NCBI RefSeq assembly: GCF_006345805.1
Contig: NW_021833064.1
Coordinates: forward strand, 62,001 to 126,000
Length of the DNA: 64,000 bases
Reading direction: 5' to 3'
Source of the DNA: Octopus sinensis
Lineage: Eukaryota
Positions within the stretch are counted from its first letter, which is position 1. The number at the start of each line of letters is the position of its first letter. A program made the position numbers and the translations under genes. Shown one piece after another: positions 50,999 through 62,937 of this stretch. A model generated the notes under the pieces. It saw only the letters and a list, made by a program, of their open reading frames with translations, was not told the DNA's origin and did no database searches.

Positions 50999-51867
50999 TT
51001 TAAAATAAATGAATATATCGAAAAGAGATTGAACACGAATGAAATTTTAAAAATTGTTAACGGAGATGGAATTTTTTTGCCTTTGGAAAAGTTTCAACTA
51101 CTCCAGTGTCAGGCCACTACCTGTTCAGTAGAGCGCTCGTTTTCAGTTCTTCATAAAATTTTGGCCAAAGACCGAAATTTTAAAACTGAAAACGTCAAAT
51201 ATTATATGATTCTATATAATTCATGTTTCTAGAAAAAATTATTGCATAAAAATTATCTGAAAAACTTTTTTTAGGTCTACATTCTGGTCAACTTTCATCT
51301 TTTTTGAATCAATTTTGTTGACTTTATGGAGGTCAATTTTTGCTTTTTTTAGGTCAACTTTGTGGTTGCCCTAGTAATAAATAATTATTGCTTAAATGTT
51401 CACAAGCTATCGGGATGTTTTATTTCATATTCACGACATGTGGATTGTGTTGATTTCTATCTTAGCCATTTCTAAAAATGTTTATTTTTTGTGATTATTT
51501 ATTTCATTACCCAAGATTGTCTGGTTAAAAGAACAAAAGGGAAAAACTGACAACTAACCAAGTGATGCCAGACTTGTAGAAAAAGGGCATCCAATATCGC
51601 TCTTCTCATAATTAATTTATCCGGTTGAATGATTATTTTTTGTATTTTAGATAGGTGATTTTGAAGAGTCATATTAGTTCCCATTCCAACAATAAAGAAT
51701 TTATTAAAATCAAGGGTCTATGTTTTTTATTTGCTTCCATATATATGCTTAATTTTGTTTTTAAGGCAGAAGGAATCTGGAGCATTATTCTTAAACTCCG
51801 TTCTATTTTCTGTTTGTAGAATCTCTCAAAAGCCGATTTAAAAACAAAGTTCTTCAAATAATAAATA

Positions 51868-51945
51868 CTAGCTCAGCAGCTCGCTTTGGTTACCGCGACC
51901 TAGCTCCTGCGGGGGCATATTTCATCAAACAACTATAAGTTTCTG
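51868..51945 (-). mobile_element. Solo Helitron 3' end, same family
   Basis: Reverse complement of 50930-50998, ending CTAG|T. Confidence 0.75.
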
Positions 51946-52039
51946 GAGAAACATTCGGAAACATTCGAAAAGACCATGTTTGTTTTGGAATGGGAGTCAA
52001 AACACATTGATCTCAAACCAACGAATTTCCGGAGGAGTA

Positions 52040-52640
52040 AGGATTGGTGGTCATCCATCGGGTCTTTTCTCATCTCCACGATCTATACCCACTGGCTCTG
52101 GCACCGAAGGGAAGCTCGCTGATTCAATAGCTCGTAAGATAACATTGGCAGCGGAGTCCCGAGTAGTTCTCACAGCACTTTATTTGCAAAAAAGTGGGTG
52201 AATCGTCGACCATTTTTCCACATCTGCAACAATGTTGTTTGCCGATGTCAAGTCCGAGTCTCAGAACAGTACCGATGCGTATGCAGTCATCCTCTAATAA
52301 TGTTCCGAGACCAGCAATTGAGATAGTATTCAGCCATACCCGTTGTGTGGCACAGCTGCAGAGCGTAAACAGGTGAGGCGATGCTGGTCAAGCCTCATTG
52401 CAAAATTGTTTGAGGTGGATTCGCAGTATAAATTGTCTACCTCCGTTGGAGTGATGTTTGGAGTTGAAATTTTAATCCTGAATCCTTCCACAGTATACAC
52501 CGATCTTCAAAAAACTTGTCCGAATACGATTCGGGGGATTTATGTAGAATCTCTCAGGATTACCTTTAGAAGAATGAGTGAGAGGACAGAAAGGCCGGTA
52601 GGACAAAATCCAAAACAGATCTTAGACCAGCTACGCCAGA
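52040..52640 (-). mobile_element. CRE-like non-LTR fragment (zinc finger + RLE start)
   Basis: LRLGLDIGKQHCCRCG...SASFPSVPEPVGIDRGDEKRPDG. Confidence 0.7.
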
Positions 52641-52959
52641 ATTAAGTGGTAGTCTAAATTGCATACCCATCATTATCGAAAAGATCGACTCGGAACACAC
52701 TCATAACGTATTAATAGAATGCAATATTTCGTCTTTTATTTCTATTGATTGTAACAATTATCCTCAGGTGAATATTTGGACAAATGTGTCGACTTTTTAC
52801 AAAATTTATTGCGTGTAGCGTCGTTTGCAAGTAAGCTTTCAATGGCCATTTCTTCAGAAGAGTGTTTTTTGTTTTATAAAACACATTCTGATTTAAATAA
52901 AGTTTAAATCGAAGAACAAAAGCATTATGGTAACTTTTTTGTAATATAAGTCATTATTC

Positions 52960-53260
52960 CAAAGTATAGAAAGGGAAAACAATTGGGATTTGCCAGTAGC
53001 TCATCGCGAATAACAAACGAATTACCTGGTAAGATTGCTATAAATATTCTCTGGTAGAGCCGGCTGGTTTCCCGGTGGTCAAAAATTTTCTTTCCGACCA
53101 GTTTCCCAATTATAGACAGAATCCTCTTCCTGGCCGGCCCAATCACACCACCTCTCTCCACCGCAATTGGGACAAAGTTGTACGCGTCAGGAACAGTGTT
53201 CCCTCTAAGCGAGTGGTAGCTATGCGCGCTGGGCACATTGCATTGTGCAGCGTTATAAAG
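52960..53260 (-). mobile_element. CRE-like non-LTR 3' fragment
   Basis: YNFVPIAVERGGVIGP...RETSRLYQRIFIAILPGN. Confidence 0.7.
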
Positions 53261-53264
53261 TGAC

Positions 53265-54410
53265 GTGTGCAAAAAATTTTTTGGGGGGGGGGAAATTTTA
53301 CAATTAAAAAACCAATGGTTAAAAAAATAGGTCTAGTCAATTGGATATTCTCTTCTGTTTTTATTTTGTATCCAAAATTTGTATATTCGATCAAGATCCA
53401 CTGTATTCAAAGATTTCAGATAGATCTTATAGATCTGAAAAGTTTTTCTACTATAAATAAAAATTTTAAATGGATTTTAACGGTCATTGACGTATATAGC
53501 AGGTTGGTTTTTTAACAATTTTTATAGATTTGCATTTGCGAGGCCGCTCTACACTAAGTCCTCAAATGAAGTTTGTGAAAACCTCAGATCATTATTTTTC
53601 TTAAATGGTCCGTGTCAATTTCTTAAGTCCGATAATGGGACTGAATTCAAGAATCGTGAAATGACCAATCTATGTGAGGAATTCAATATCAAACGAATTC
53701 ACGGAAGGCCAAACAATCCCCGCTCACAAGGGATTGTCGAACGCTTCAACCAGTCAATTACAAGAAAAATGGCAAAAATGATCGACAATGATAATAAAAA
53801 GTGGCTGGAAAAATTAGAAAATGCAGTGTACAGTTATAACATTTCTGTCCACTCATCTTCTAATGAGAGCCCTTTTGAAAGATACCGGAGAATAAGTGGA
53901 ATAAATACAATATTTTATGGTTGTAATTATAAAATTATTCCTTAGATAATTCAAGTAATGATTTGTTGAGTCCTGATCAAGTCGATGATGCAAACAATTG
54001 TCCGAGTCCAATTGAAAATTCATGTAATTTGAATTTCTATATGTAGATGATTGCAATTATTCGTTTACAAGTCCGAAAAGATTTCAGTTCGAAATCAACC
54101 CCATTGATCCTAATTCTAATTATTACAAAGCGATGAACAGAAAAATGAATGTTCACAATAGTAAGTATGAATTTAGTGTTGGTGATAAAGTATGCATAAA
54201 AATTAATGTTTAGGTTTGAGTTAAAAAAGACTTTGGAACAAATCCTTCGTTGCGACTGGATAAGTTTGAATCTCCATATTATCCATCTGCAGAAATTATC
54301 AGTATTTTATCAAACAATCGCGTTGAGGTAGTTTAAACATTTAAATTTAATAGATAAAAAATTCGATGAGCGAAATTTCGATTGTGCCAATGTCCAGACT
54401 TAAAAAATAA
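53265..54410 (+). mobile_element. Second Ginger-type integrase family, truncated, with a 25-nt intron
   Basis: QRFQIDLIDL...WILTVIDVYSR|FAFA (intron 53503-53527), SDNGTEF, QGIVERFNQSI, YSYN..VHS; no TIRs resolved. Confidence 0.75.
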
Positions 54411-54446
54411 TTAACAAGTTATTATTCTTTGAAGTTTTGACCTTCT

Positions 54447-54730
54447 TCATTCGGAAGTTCGGCATCCTTTCCTGGCTCTGCTGCAAAACGTTCTGAAGAG
54501 TTGAAGAAAAAAAATACTCTTATATCTTTTCCAGCCAATCGACAGATATCTTTTCCAGCCAATCGCTGTGGAGACTTCTGGAGTCTTTGGAACAGAGAGT
54601 TTTTCGTTCATTCGAAGATTGGGTGGTCTAATCTCCAAAAAAACAGGTGATCCGCGGGAGACGTCGTGGCTCTTCCAGAGGATTTCGTGTGCAATTGTCC
54701 GCGGAAATTCACACGCTATCCGAGGCTCAT
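54447..54730 (+). mobile_element. CRE-like non-LTR 3' fragment
   Basis: PIAVETSGVFG...GDPRETSWLFQRISCAIVRGN. Confidence 0.7.
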
Positions 54731-54779
54731 ACTAATTAATTAAAACTTTATTTGGTCTAAAAAAGTTTAATATTAATTA

Positions 54780-55290
54780 CAATATTGACATTAAGTTAAG
54801 CTTCAAGGTCACGTCAGGTATCACGCGGCCCATAGGTGTCACGCAAACCATGTCACATAATATCTTTAATTTTGATTCATGGTCAATAAAGATATGTGAA
54901 ATTTAATTTTAAAGTGAAAATCCTAGGAAAATTGATTTTTTATCACGAATAATTAAGAGCACCTAATTGCTCATATTCTCGCTGTCGTTTTTATTAACAT
55001 ATTGAAAATAATTCTTTAATTTTTTGTTTAAAAGGTTTTAATTGACCTCATCATCAGAGTCGATGACATTCACATTTTTCTATTTTAGCCAAAATGCAAA
55101 AAATAATTTTTGGTGGGAAAGGTTTTAAGGATCTCATCTGTGAATCGAGGACATCTTTGTTGTTGATTTTAACTAAAATGCCGAAAATAATTTTTTGGCA
55201 AAAAGGTTCTAAGGACCTCATCATCGAGGATATTCTTAATACGTTGGATTTTCAAGATTCTTGAAGGACCCCATCATTTTGGACTGTTTT
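54780..55290 (-). mobile_element. Helitron internal fragment with diverged 93-bp units
   Basis: Resembles the reverse complement of the 48097-49900 unit and downstream sequence. Confidence 0.55.
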
Positions 55291-55444
55291 CACATTATTG
55301 ATTAATTATAAAGGCAAAGGATTTTGCCAGTATAGACATAGAACGCGACATATTTGTATCTCACAATATTTTAATTATTTATAATTTAAATAGTATTTTT
55401 TTACTTAAAAAAATTAATTGTGTCACATTCAATTAATTTTTCTG

Positions 55445-55923
55445 ATGGAAATCATGTTATTCTATACAAAATGGAAAGGAATTACTTTATTTTTTCAAAG
55501 GTTCACTCTGCAATCACAAAAACGTATTATTCCTGCATTTAATTTGAAGACCTATGGCTCGCAATTTTCGCAACGGTGTTTCTAACAATGTTATCAGAGT
55601 TGCTGCTTGTTTTAGAAAAAATTGTGACGTTTGAATACGGCAGATTCGGTAAAATAAATTATCGCTATGTTCAAACACTGAAATCCTTGTTTCATTTGGG
55701 CAAATCCGCAATTCTCACAATTCGACTCGGAATAAATTATATTTTAATGTTAATATTCATGTCTCTCAACTATTATCTGTGCTCGGCCGTTTTGGTTGGA
55801 TTTTTTCTAAGTCAGATCTTCATTTCTCCCATTCAAATATCAGTCCAGAACTATCATGCTCTCAGCGACGAAAATGATTTGTGCTGCGGATTACTTTTTT
55901 TTCTTATTCCCAATTTTCAATAA
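55445..55923 (+). CDS. Ctr/SLC31 copper transporter-like; ends approximate
   Basis: Met-containing N-terminus (MEIMLF...LFF), hydrophobic TM1, INYILMLIFMSLN (MxxxM), then TM3; 26-nt intron. Confidence 0.75.
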
Positions 55924-56139
55924 ATTTAACCAAATCTTTACTACGGTCAGTCTAATCATTGAAAAAATGGTTTTCAGATGTTTGTTAAAAACACTGAGTA
56001 AAGTAATTCAGTACTTTGAAAGGACTTTTGCCGAATACATTAATTAGTGGTATATTATGTGATAGCCATTACGCATATGGAACCGGTTACATTTTTTGAT
56101 TTTGTAGACGTTTAAATAAAAGCATTTAGTTATCACAAT

Positions 56140-56390
56140 ACAGTTGAACCAGAAAAGCTTAAGATTGCGAAATATAGAGAACTCTCGGAGCGATATCTAT
56201 TCGCCCCTGTTGCTGTCAAGACTTCAGGGGTCATTGGGGAAAAGTCTTTGACTTTCCTCTATAAGCTCGGACGTCTGATCTCTCTGAAGAGAAATGACAC
56301 ACGCGAGACGGGCTGGCTCCTTCAGAGGATTTCCTTGCCATTGTACAAGGAAACTGTTTCTCCATCTACGAAGCGGGGAAGTCCTCTAAC
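56140..56390 (+). mobile_element. CRE-like non-LTR 3' fragment
   Basis: KIAKYRELSERYLFAPVAV.TSGVIGEKSL, similar to 57972-58208. Confidence 0.7.
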
Positions 56391-57399
56391 TAACTTTATC
56401 ACATTTAATTACATTGATTAAAAAAAAAAGTTGAACCAATTGATTAAAATATTATTTGTCATCCATGCATTTTTGGACGCATCGTATATAATCTGTATGT
56501 ATATTTTAAAATCATTACTTCACAATCCTCAGTTCTTATATTTTTAAGGCATCTGGGTGATTTATACTTTTCAATAACCAAAGGTTTTAACTTTCACCTT
56601 TAATAGAAGAGCATAAAAGAAGGATTGCCATTTTTTCTTTACAGAATTTTCTACCAAAGCAATTTTCATCATCAATGACAAATAATTTATTCGGCTTCTT
56701 TTTTTAATGAAAAGGCAGGTTTCGTTACAATTAAAAATGTCTTCCATGTTGAACTTATTTATAAATTTTTTAATTAAATTTTTGTTGGAGGAATTCTTTT
56801 CACCAAAAATTGCTCTAAAAGATAGTTCATTACGTTTTTAAAGCGGCCTAGCTATCTATTAGAGCAGCGGTTCTTAACCTTTTTAAAATTTTTGATAAAT
56901 TGTGCCTCTTAAGGTTAAAAATGGAACCCGCATACCCCCTATCTATTTTTAAATTATATATTGCATACTAGCCATAGTCAATAACGAATACTTTGGAATC
57001 ATTTTACTCAAAAATTCCATAAATATGCAAGAATTGAAACATAGCTGAATAATAAAAAAAATTGTCTGATTCATAGTCTCTGTATAGAACTGCGTCAGTA
57101 ATAGGATTTGAATAAAATCCTTGTTTAGTTTCCATTTTTATTCTAAATACTGTTCCCTTTCCAATTTTAAACATCTTGGATATTTCGCTTTCAAATATAG
57201 AATTTGCCAACAGCACAAAATTTTTTTTCCTTAAACCACAAGAAAGTTTTTTTAAGATAACCACTAAACGACACGCTATTATTTAAAATAAAATAATGCA
57301 TAAAAATTTTATTTAAAATTATTAAAAAAATGCCCCAATAAGCGGGATCGATAGTATTCTATTTTTAGAAATTTTTTATTGTTAGAAATTTGGTTAATT

Positions 57400-57716
57400 T
57401 AGTATTCCACGGAGCCTTGAATTCCACGCCTTATCAACCCGGTTCGTCGGCCGAGAAAGCCGAATTCACGAAATTGACAAAATACGAGGATTTACGCGAT
57501 CGATTTTGCTTTTGGGCAATTGCCGTCGACACTTCCTGTATTTTTGGGGCCAAGACGTTTGCTCATCTTAAGAAACTTGGCTGTCTGTCGATCCAAAGAT
57601 CCCAGGGAATTTATATTCCTTATTCAGAGGATCTTGCTGGCTGTTTTACGCGGACACTCGAATTCGCTATTCACCAGAATGCCGCCAGGGAATACAAAAA
57701 CTTCATAAAAATGTAG
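57400..57716 (+). mobile_element. CRE-like non-LTR 3' fragment
   Basis: PGSSAEKAEFTKLTKYEDLRDRFCFWAIAVDTS. Confidence 0.65.
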
Positions 57717-57799
57717 TAAATTTCTTTTTACTGCGAAACGCTTAATTATTGAACGAATTATAAAAGACTGGGAAATTTGTAAATTTGCCGAGCCATTAA

Positions 57800-58208
57800 A
57801 AGTGTTGGGCTTGCGAGGGGAGACGGGAAAAGACCCGACGGTCTATCGACTTTCCCGTTTGAGTTCGGCAAGTCTCTGATATGGGATGCGACGTGTTCAG
57901 ACACTTTCTCGGAGCTTAATCTTCCTTCTTCAGCTGCCGAGCCTGGCTCAGTCTCTCGCAAAACCGAGAAGATGAAAATTGGAAAGTACAAGGAGCTCTC
58001 TGAACGATATCTGTTCACTCCTATCGCCGTCGAGACTTCGGGCGTCATCGGCGAAAAGTCTCTTTCCTTTTTGAAAAAGCTTGGCCGCATGATTTCTCAT
58101 AAACGGGAAGACCCACGCGAGTCCAAGTGGCTTCTCGAAAGGATTCCCTCGGCTATAGTACGGGGAAACTGTGTTTCCATTTACGAGGCCGGGAATTTAG
58201 TTAGATAA
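57800..58208 (+). mobile_element. CRE-like non-LTR 3' fragment
   Basis: GDGKRPDG...GKSLIWDATCSDTF...KIGKYKEL...PIAVETSGVIG...AIVRGN. Confidence 0.8.
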
Positions 58209-58539
58209 TAACTATTTTATTTCTTTTAAAAGTTGTTTTCAAATAAATATACTTAGGTATTGATTCTAATTACCATGTAACTGCAAGAAGTCCACATGAA
58301 AGATTCAGAGGGAATCCTTTTGATGTTAACAAATATAAATATTTTAACAAACAATTATCAACATTTACAACAAATTTAAAGTCTGCAAATTCTTAAAAAA
58401 TATAACTGCCTTTGCTGATACTTATTTTAGAAGCTATAAATAAATTTAAAAAAATTTTGTCAAATTTGATATTGCCAAATTTTACAAACAGACAACGGAT
58501 GAGAATTTTATTTACAAAATCAGTTATCATAATGTTCCA

Positions 58540-59207
58540 GAACAATTTATTTTCGAGTTTCCAACAACGGAGTGGAATTCAAAAAACAACTGATGGATCA
58601 AATATGCAAAAAAAATAAAATCAAAAATATTTATAGAAAACCAAATCATTCCCAGTCACAAGTTTATAATTTTAACTAAATGAAGGTGTGATTGACCGCT
58701 TTAAACAGACATTGAAACAAAGTATGGCAAAACTGATGAAAAAATAAAAAACGGAAACTATTTTTAGACAAAGTAACTTATTCGTATAATACGACACATC
58801 ACTCGGTGATCAATGAAATCTTCGAAAAGTTTAGTAATATTTCTGGAATTAACACTGTGATTCATGAAATAATAAATTTTTATCTCATTTATTATTTAGA
58901 TGAAATTAATTAGGCATCGTTTGTCCAAGATAAACTGAATGATAAATTTACGATGTATTTATTTTTAGAAACGACTTATAAAATTTTCAATTTACTCGTC
59001 CAACATGAGTTCATCTTATTTTAAAAGAATGCATAAAAAGATAGGGGTAGAAAGGTAAAAATATGATTTTAGAATAGAGAATAAGGTATAGTTAAATAGG
59101 AACAGTTTGGGTTGAATCGAAATATTATGGAAAGAATTTTCATTGAAACAACATATAGATTTGATGAAGAAAAAAGAAAAGTAAAAAATGTAATGCCTGA
59201 TAACAAA
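58540..59207 (+). pseudogene. Degenerate Ginger-type integrase remnant related to 53265-54410
   Basis: GVIDRFKQTLKQSMAKL; YSYNTTH; downstream sequence parallels 53880-54250. Confidence 0.5.
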
Positions 59208-59209
59208 TA

Positions 59210-61123
59210 CAGTTTACCCTCTATTGCTCGCCAATTCTATTGCTCGCCATTTCTATAACTCGCCACTTTTTTAGAAAAAATGCCATTTTTACTAAGGAAA
59301 TTTCATTGCTCGCCAAATTCTCTTACTCGCCACGTTTTAGTATTAAAAAATTAAAATTTATTATTAAAAAAATAATTTTTTCAAATATTTATACCGCGTG
59401 TTTTTTTTGTAACATGAGGAAGTGCTCAAGATTATCTTATGATCAAAAAAGAGAAATTATAAATTATCTTATTGATAATTCTTCTCTAAGTCTAAGGCGT
59501 GTTTCAGAATTTTTTCGTCGCGTTTCAAAAAATCAATTTCGAGACGTGCAATTAACGATCTTAAATTGAACAAACAGAAGATTCTTGGAATTAATCCAAT
59601 TTATGGGAGAAGTTCTCGTTTTTCGAAACTTAGATATTCAGCAATTGATTCTGAAATCATTGCCTGGATAGATTACATGGAATCTATTGGAGTTTGCCCT
59701 CAATGATGAATATTTTGTCGAAAGCAACTGAAATTGCTGCGTTAAACGGTCTCTTCTTCGAATTTAAAGCCAGTAAAGGATGGCTTGAAAAGTTCAAAAA
59801 AAGGCACAATGTAAAACTAAGAATTTTTCATGGTGAATTGGGATCGCGGAGACTTCAAAGACCAAATCGAAGACTTTAAAAAAATTATCTCTTCTAAAAT
59901 AAATGAATATGGTTCAGAAAATGTTTATAATGCCGACGAAACCGGCGTATTTTACAAGACCATTCCATCAAAAAGTGTCTGCAGGAAACGCCGACCAGAC
60001 AAAAATTACTTAAAGATAGGTTTAACATTTTTAGCCAATTTTCAGATTTTCATTAATGCTTTGCGCAAATATGACTGGATCCGATAAAAGAACCCCTTTG
60101 ATGATCGGGCAGTTTAAGAAACCAAGGTGTTTTAAAACTTGAACGTTGATGAATATCTACAATACCGGAATTCTTCAAAGGCTTGGATGAACATGGAAAT
60201 ATTTAACGAATGGTTGTATAATTGGAACAAGACTCTCAAACAAAAACAAAAAAAGATACTTTTGGTTGTAGACCATTGTCCTTCGCATAGAACAACAATC
60301 GAATTAAGTATGATAGAAGTTTTATATTTACCAAAAAACACGACTACTGTGCTTCAACCGATGGATCACGGAATCATTAGATCATTCAAATCTCATTTCA
60401 ACAAATTTAAATTTAAACATATAATTGAACAAATAAACTACGGTGACGCAACTATTGAATGCTATAAAAAATTAACCCTGAAAGATGCAGTCTTATTTTC
60501 TTATCTAGCCTGGAAAGATGTGTCAGTGGATACAATATCAAAATGTTTTCAGCACGCCAAATGGGAAAACAGAATGAAGAACCTATTATGGGAGACCATA
60601 AAATAAAAATTTCGAACAAATTATAGAAAATTAATGATCACAGATCCCATAAAAAGGAGTTTATAGACTTTACGTACTCTGAAAATGACGAACTTCATGA
60701 ATTTGTTCAAAACAATAACTATGAAAATAACGATGAAAATGCAATTTTTAGACAGTTCAATTACTGAAGATTGGAAAGAAACAACTGTATTACACATCGA
60801 GATGCGATAAAATGTATTTCGGACCTCAAAATATTTTTCACATGACGATAATTTTGATGTGAATATGCTAGAAAGTTTATTAAAAATGCAAAAAAATTAG
60901 AGAAAAGATCATACAAAAAAACTATAAATGATTACTTTACTTAAAATTTTGGTTTTTTAAATAAATGTTTCGGCTATTTATTTAAATGTTTAGATAGTTA
61001 AAAATTATAGAAATTTTTTGTTGATAGAAAATAGGATATTAATTATTTCTCTTACTCGCCAAATTCTCTTAGTCGCCAATTTTGGCTTGGTCCCAAAAAT
61101 GGCGAGCAATAGAGGGAAGACTG
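59210..61123 (+). mobile_element. Tigger/Pogo transposon, frameshifted
   Basis: TIRs CAGT(T)TACCCTCTATTGCTCGCCA / TGGCGAGCAATAGAGGGAAGACTG; TA flanks; YNADETG, VDHCPSH, QPMDHGII. Confidence 0.9.
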
Positions 61124-61668
61124 TAAATGGTTAGTTGTTTTTCCAAACATTTAGATCAAGTTAAAAAATAAAATCTAAGATAGTTACTATGAATAAAGTT
61201 AAAAAATGTAATTTTGTTAAATTGTTTATATAAGTTTCAAACTATTTATATCACCGTGGTCTCCAGTTTAGTTTGCGAAATAATAATAATAATTTAAAAT
61301 ACGCAGTGCGGCGTTGTCAAGCTGACCAGTAGGGTCTCGACTAGCCTTTCAGCCACTTTGATATTTTCAGTTAAAATGCTACAATTTAAAAGTCTTATTG
61401 ATTAACTTGTAAATTATTTGATGACTCGACACTCGGATAAGTTTTTGTCACCTTTGCATGTAACGTATTTTCAAATTAATCGTTTTTAACTAACAGTTTC
61501 TTTAAGAAAATGAGTTAAAAGTTTGAAAAGTGATCACTTTTATTCGTAATCAGAATAATTTCTTTGTACATTAATATTTATAGCAAGTGGAGCATCAGAA
61601 TTAGCCAAATAAATTTAGTTAGTGAGGTTTCAGTGTAAGTAAACATAGTAGTGTTAGTGATGAATGAC

Positions 61669-62837
61669 TTATGGAGTCCACGTAATCACTCTTTTTGCAA
61701 TGTTAGCCGCTCTGGAAACGTAATTTTCCTCCGTTTCGATCAAATGGCATATCTACACTCATTCCCTTGATGTATACCCGATCGAGGTGATTCAGCAATG
61801 TTTTTCTAACAGAAGGAACTTCTGCCAAACACGTCAAACACTAAAAATGACAATCCAGAACTACCTTCAGTGCATTCGTCTTGACGTGATCTGACTGGCT
61901 TTCTAACAGAGGCAAAAGAAGGTCGACTGCCCCATTATCAACAGCCACAAACTTTCCTTTAGTAATGACGGTTAGCCTGGAATAGTCAACAAATATTACA
62001 GCATGAGAGCCCCACAGACATGCCCCTTGACCTCATCGTTCTCATCATTCAACAACTTTAAAAGGAGAGGGATAGACCCCTCCTCCACTGCCTTGTTCTT
62101 CCCATCCAGAGACACACTGACATTAACTAACTCAAAATACGCCAAATCCATCAAATTCCTGGCTGCTCGAAAACGTATTGTGTAAAGATGACTGCCTAAC
62201 AGACACAAAAACACTCCGATGGCTCCGTTTTCGATGGCCAGTGAAGTATTGACTCTCAAACAGTTGTGGAGAGTGTCCAAAACAATAACCTACAATCCCC
62301 CTGACCGACTACTTTAATCCCCTCGACCTCCTCAGCCGTCTGAGTCACAAATTGGGGGATCATTCCTTCTACAATCATACACTCCGAGCCTTCCTGCAGA
62401 CAGGAAACCCTCTGGAGTGTCCCCTGAGCTAATTGTCGGATGTTCTCTAATTCGTTCTGTTCAGTCAACAAGGCAATTGGTTGGATTAGACCTTCAGAAA
62501 TGATGAATTCCCGCCCACAGCAGTGCCCTGGGTAAGTCAAATGTCCAACCTGCCAACGTGAAGACACACTGCACTGCCAGAGACCGCAGAACATTGTCCA
62601 CATTGGTAAGGAAGGAGGTCAGGTTGGTGGCTAGTCCTATTTTAATACACGTGTAAGTATGTTCAGGATCATGGACTAGGTCAGAGAGGGCTCTCAGTGC
62701 ACGTTGTTGGGTTATTATTGAGTTGGAATGAATTTGAATGTTCTGTTGGTCAAATATACTCAAACCAGTTGATAGAAAGACTGCCGTCCGTAGGCTATGG
62801 GTGTCCGAGATGGGTCAATAAGTGGAGGATACTTCAT
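61669..62837 (-). CDS. RSPH14: Radial spoke head 14 homolog (RTDR1), ARM-repeat ciliary protein, multi-exon
   Basis: PIAYG, QQRALRALSDLVHDPE, GKNKAV..GSIPLLLKLLNDE..EVK...CGALM, terminal RAANIAKRVITWTP. Confidence 0.85.
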
Positions 62838-62937
62838 TGATATAGTGTTAGACTCATAATGACCACACAACACAGATTACTTAGATATTATTAAATTCAA
62901 ATTAATAATAATACAACTAAAATTATATTTTAATAAA

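Larger units (their letters stand above)
43498..51373 (+). mobile_element. hAT-like (DUF659/CGGBP1-related) transposon, 5'-truncated, split by three insertions
   Basis: Pieces join in frame: EAFVSANIPL|YKLRNP; TDAAKYM, HVTCIAH, TRWGSW; DFKEDT|FKINEY; CSVERSFS; terminal GGTTGCCCTA at about 51364-51373. Confidence 0.8.
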
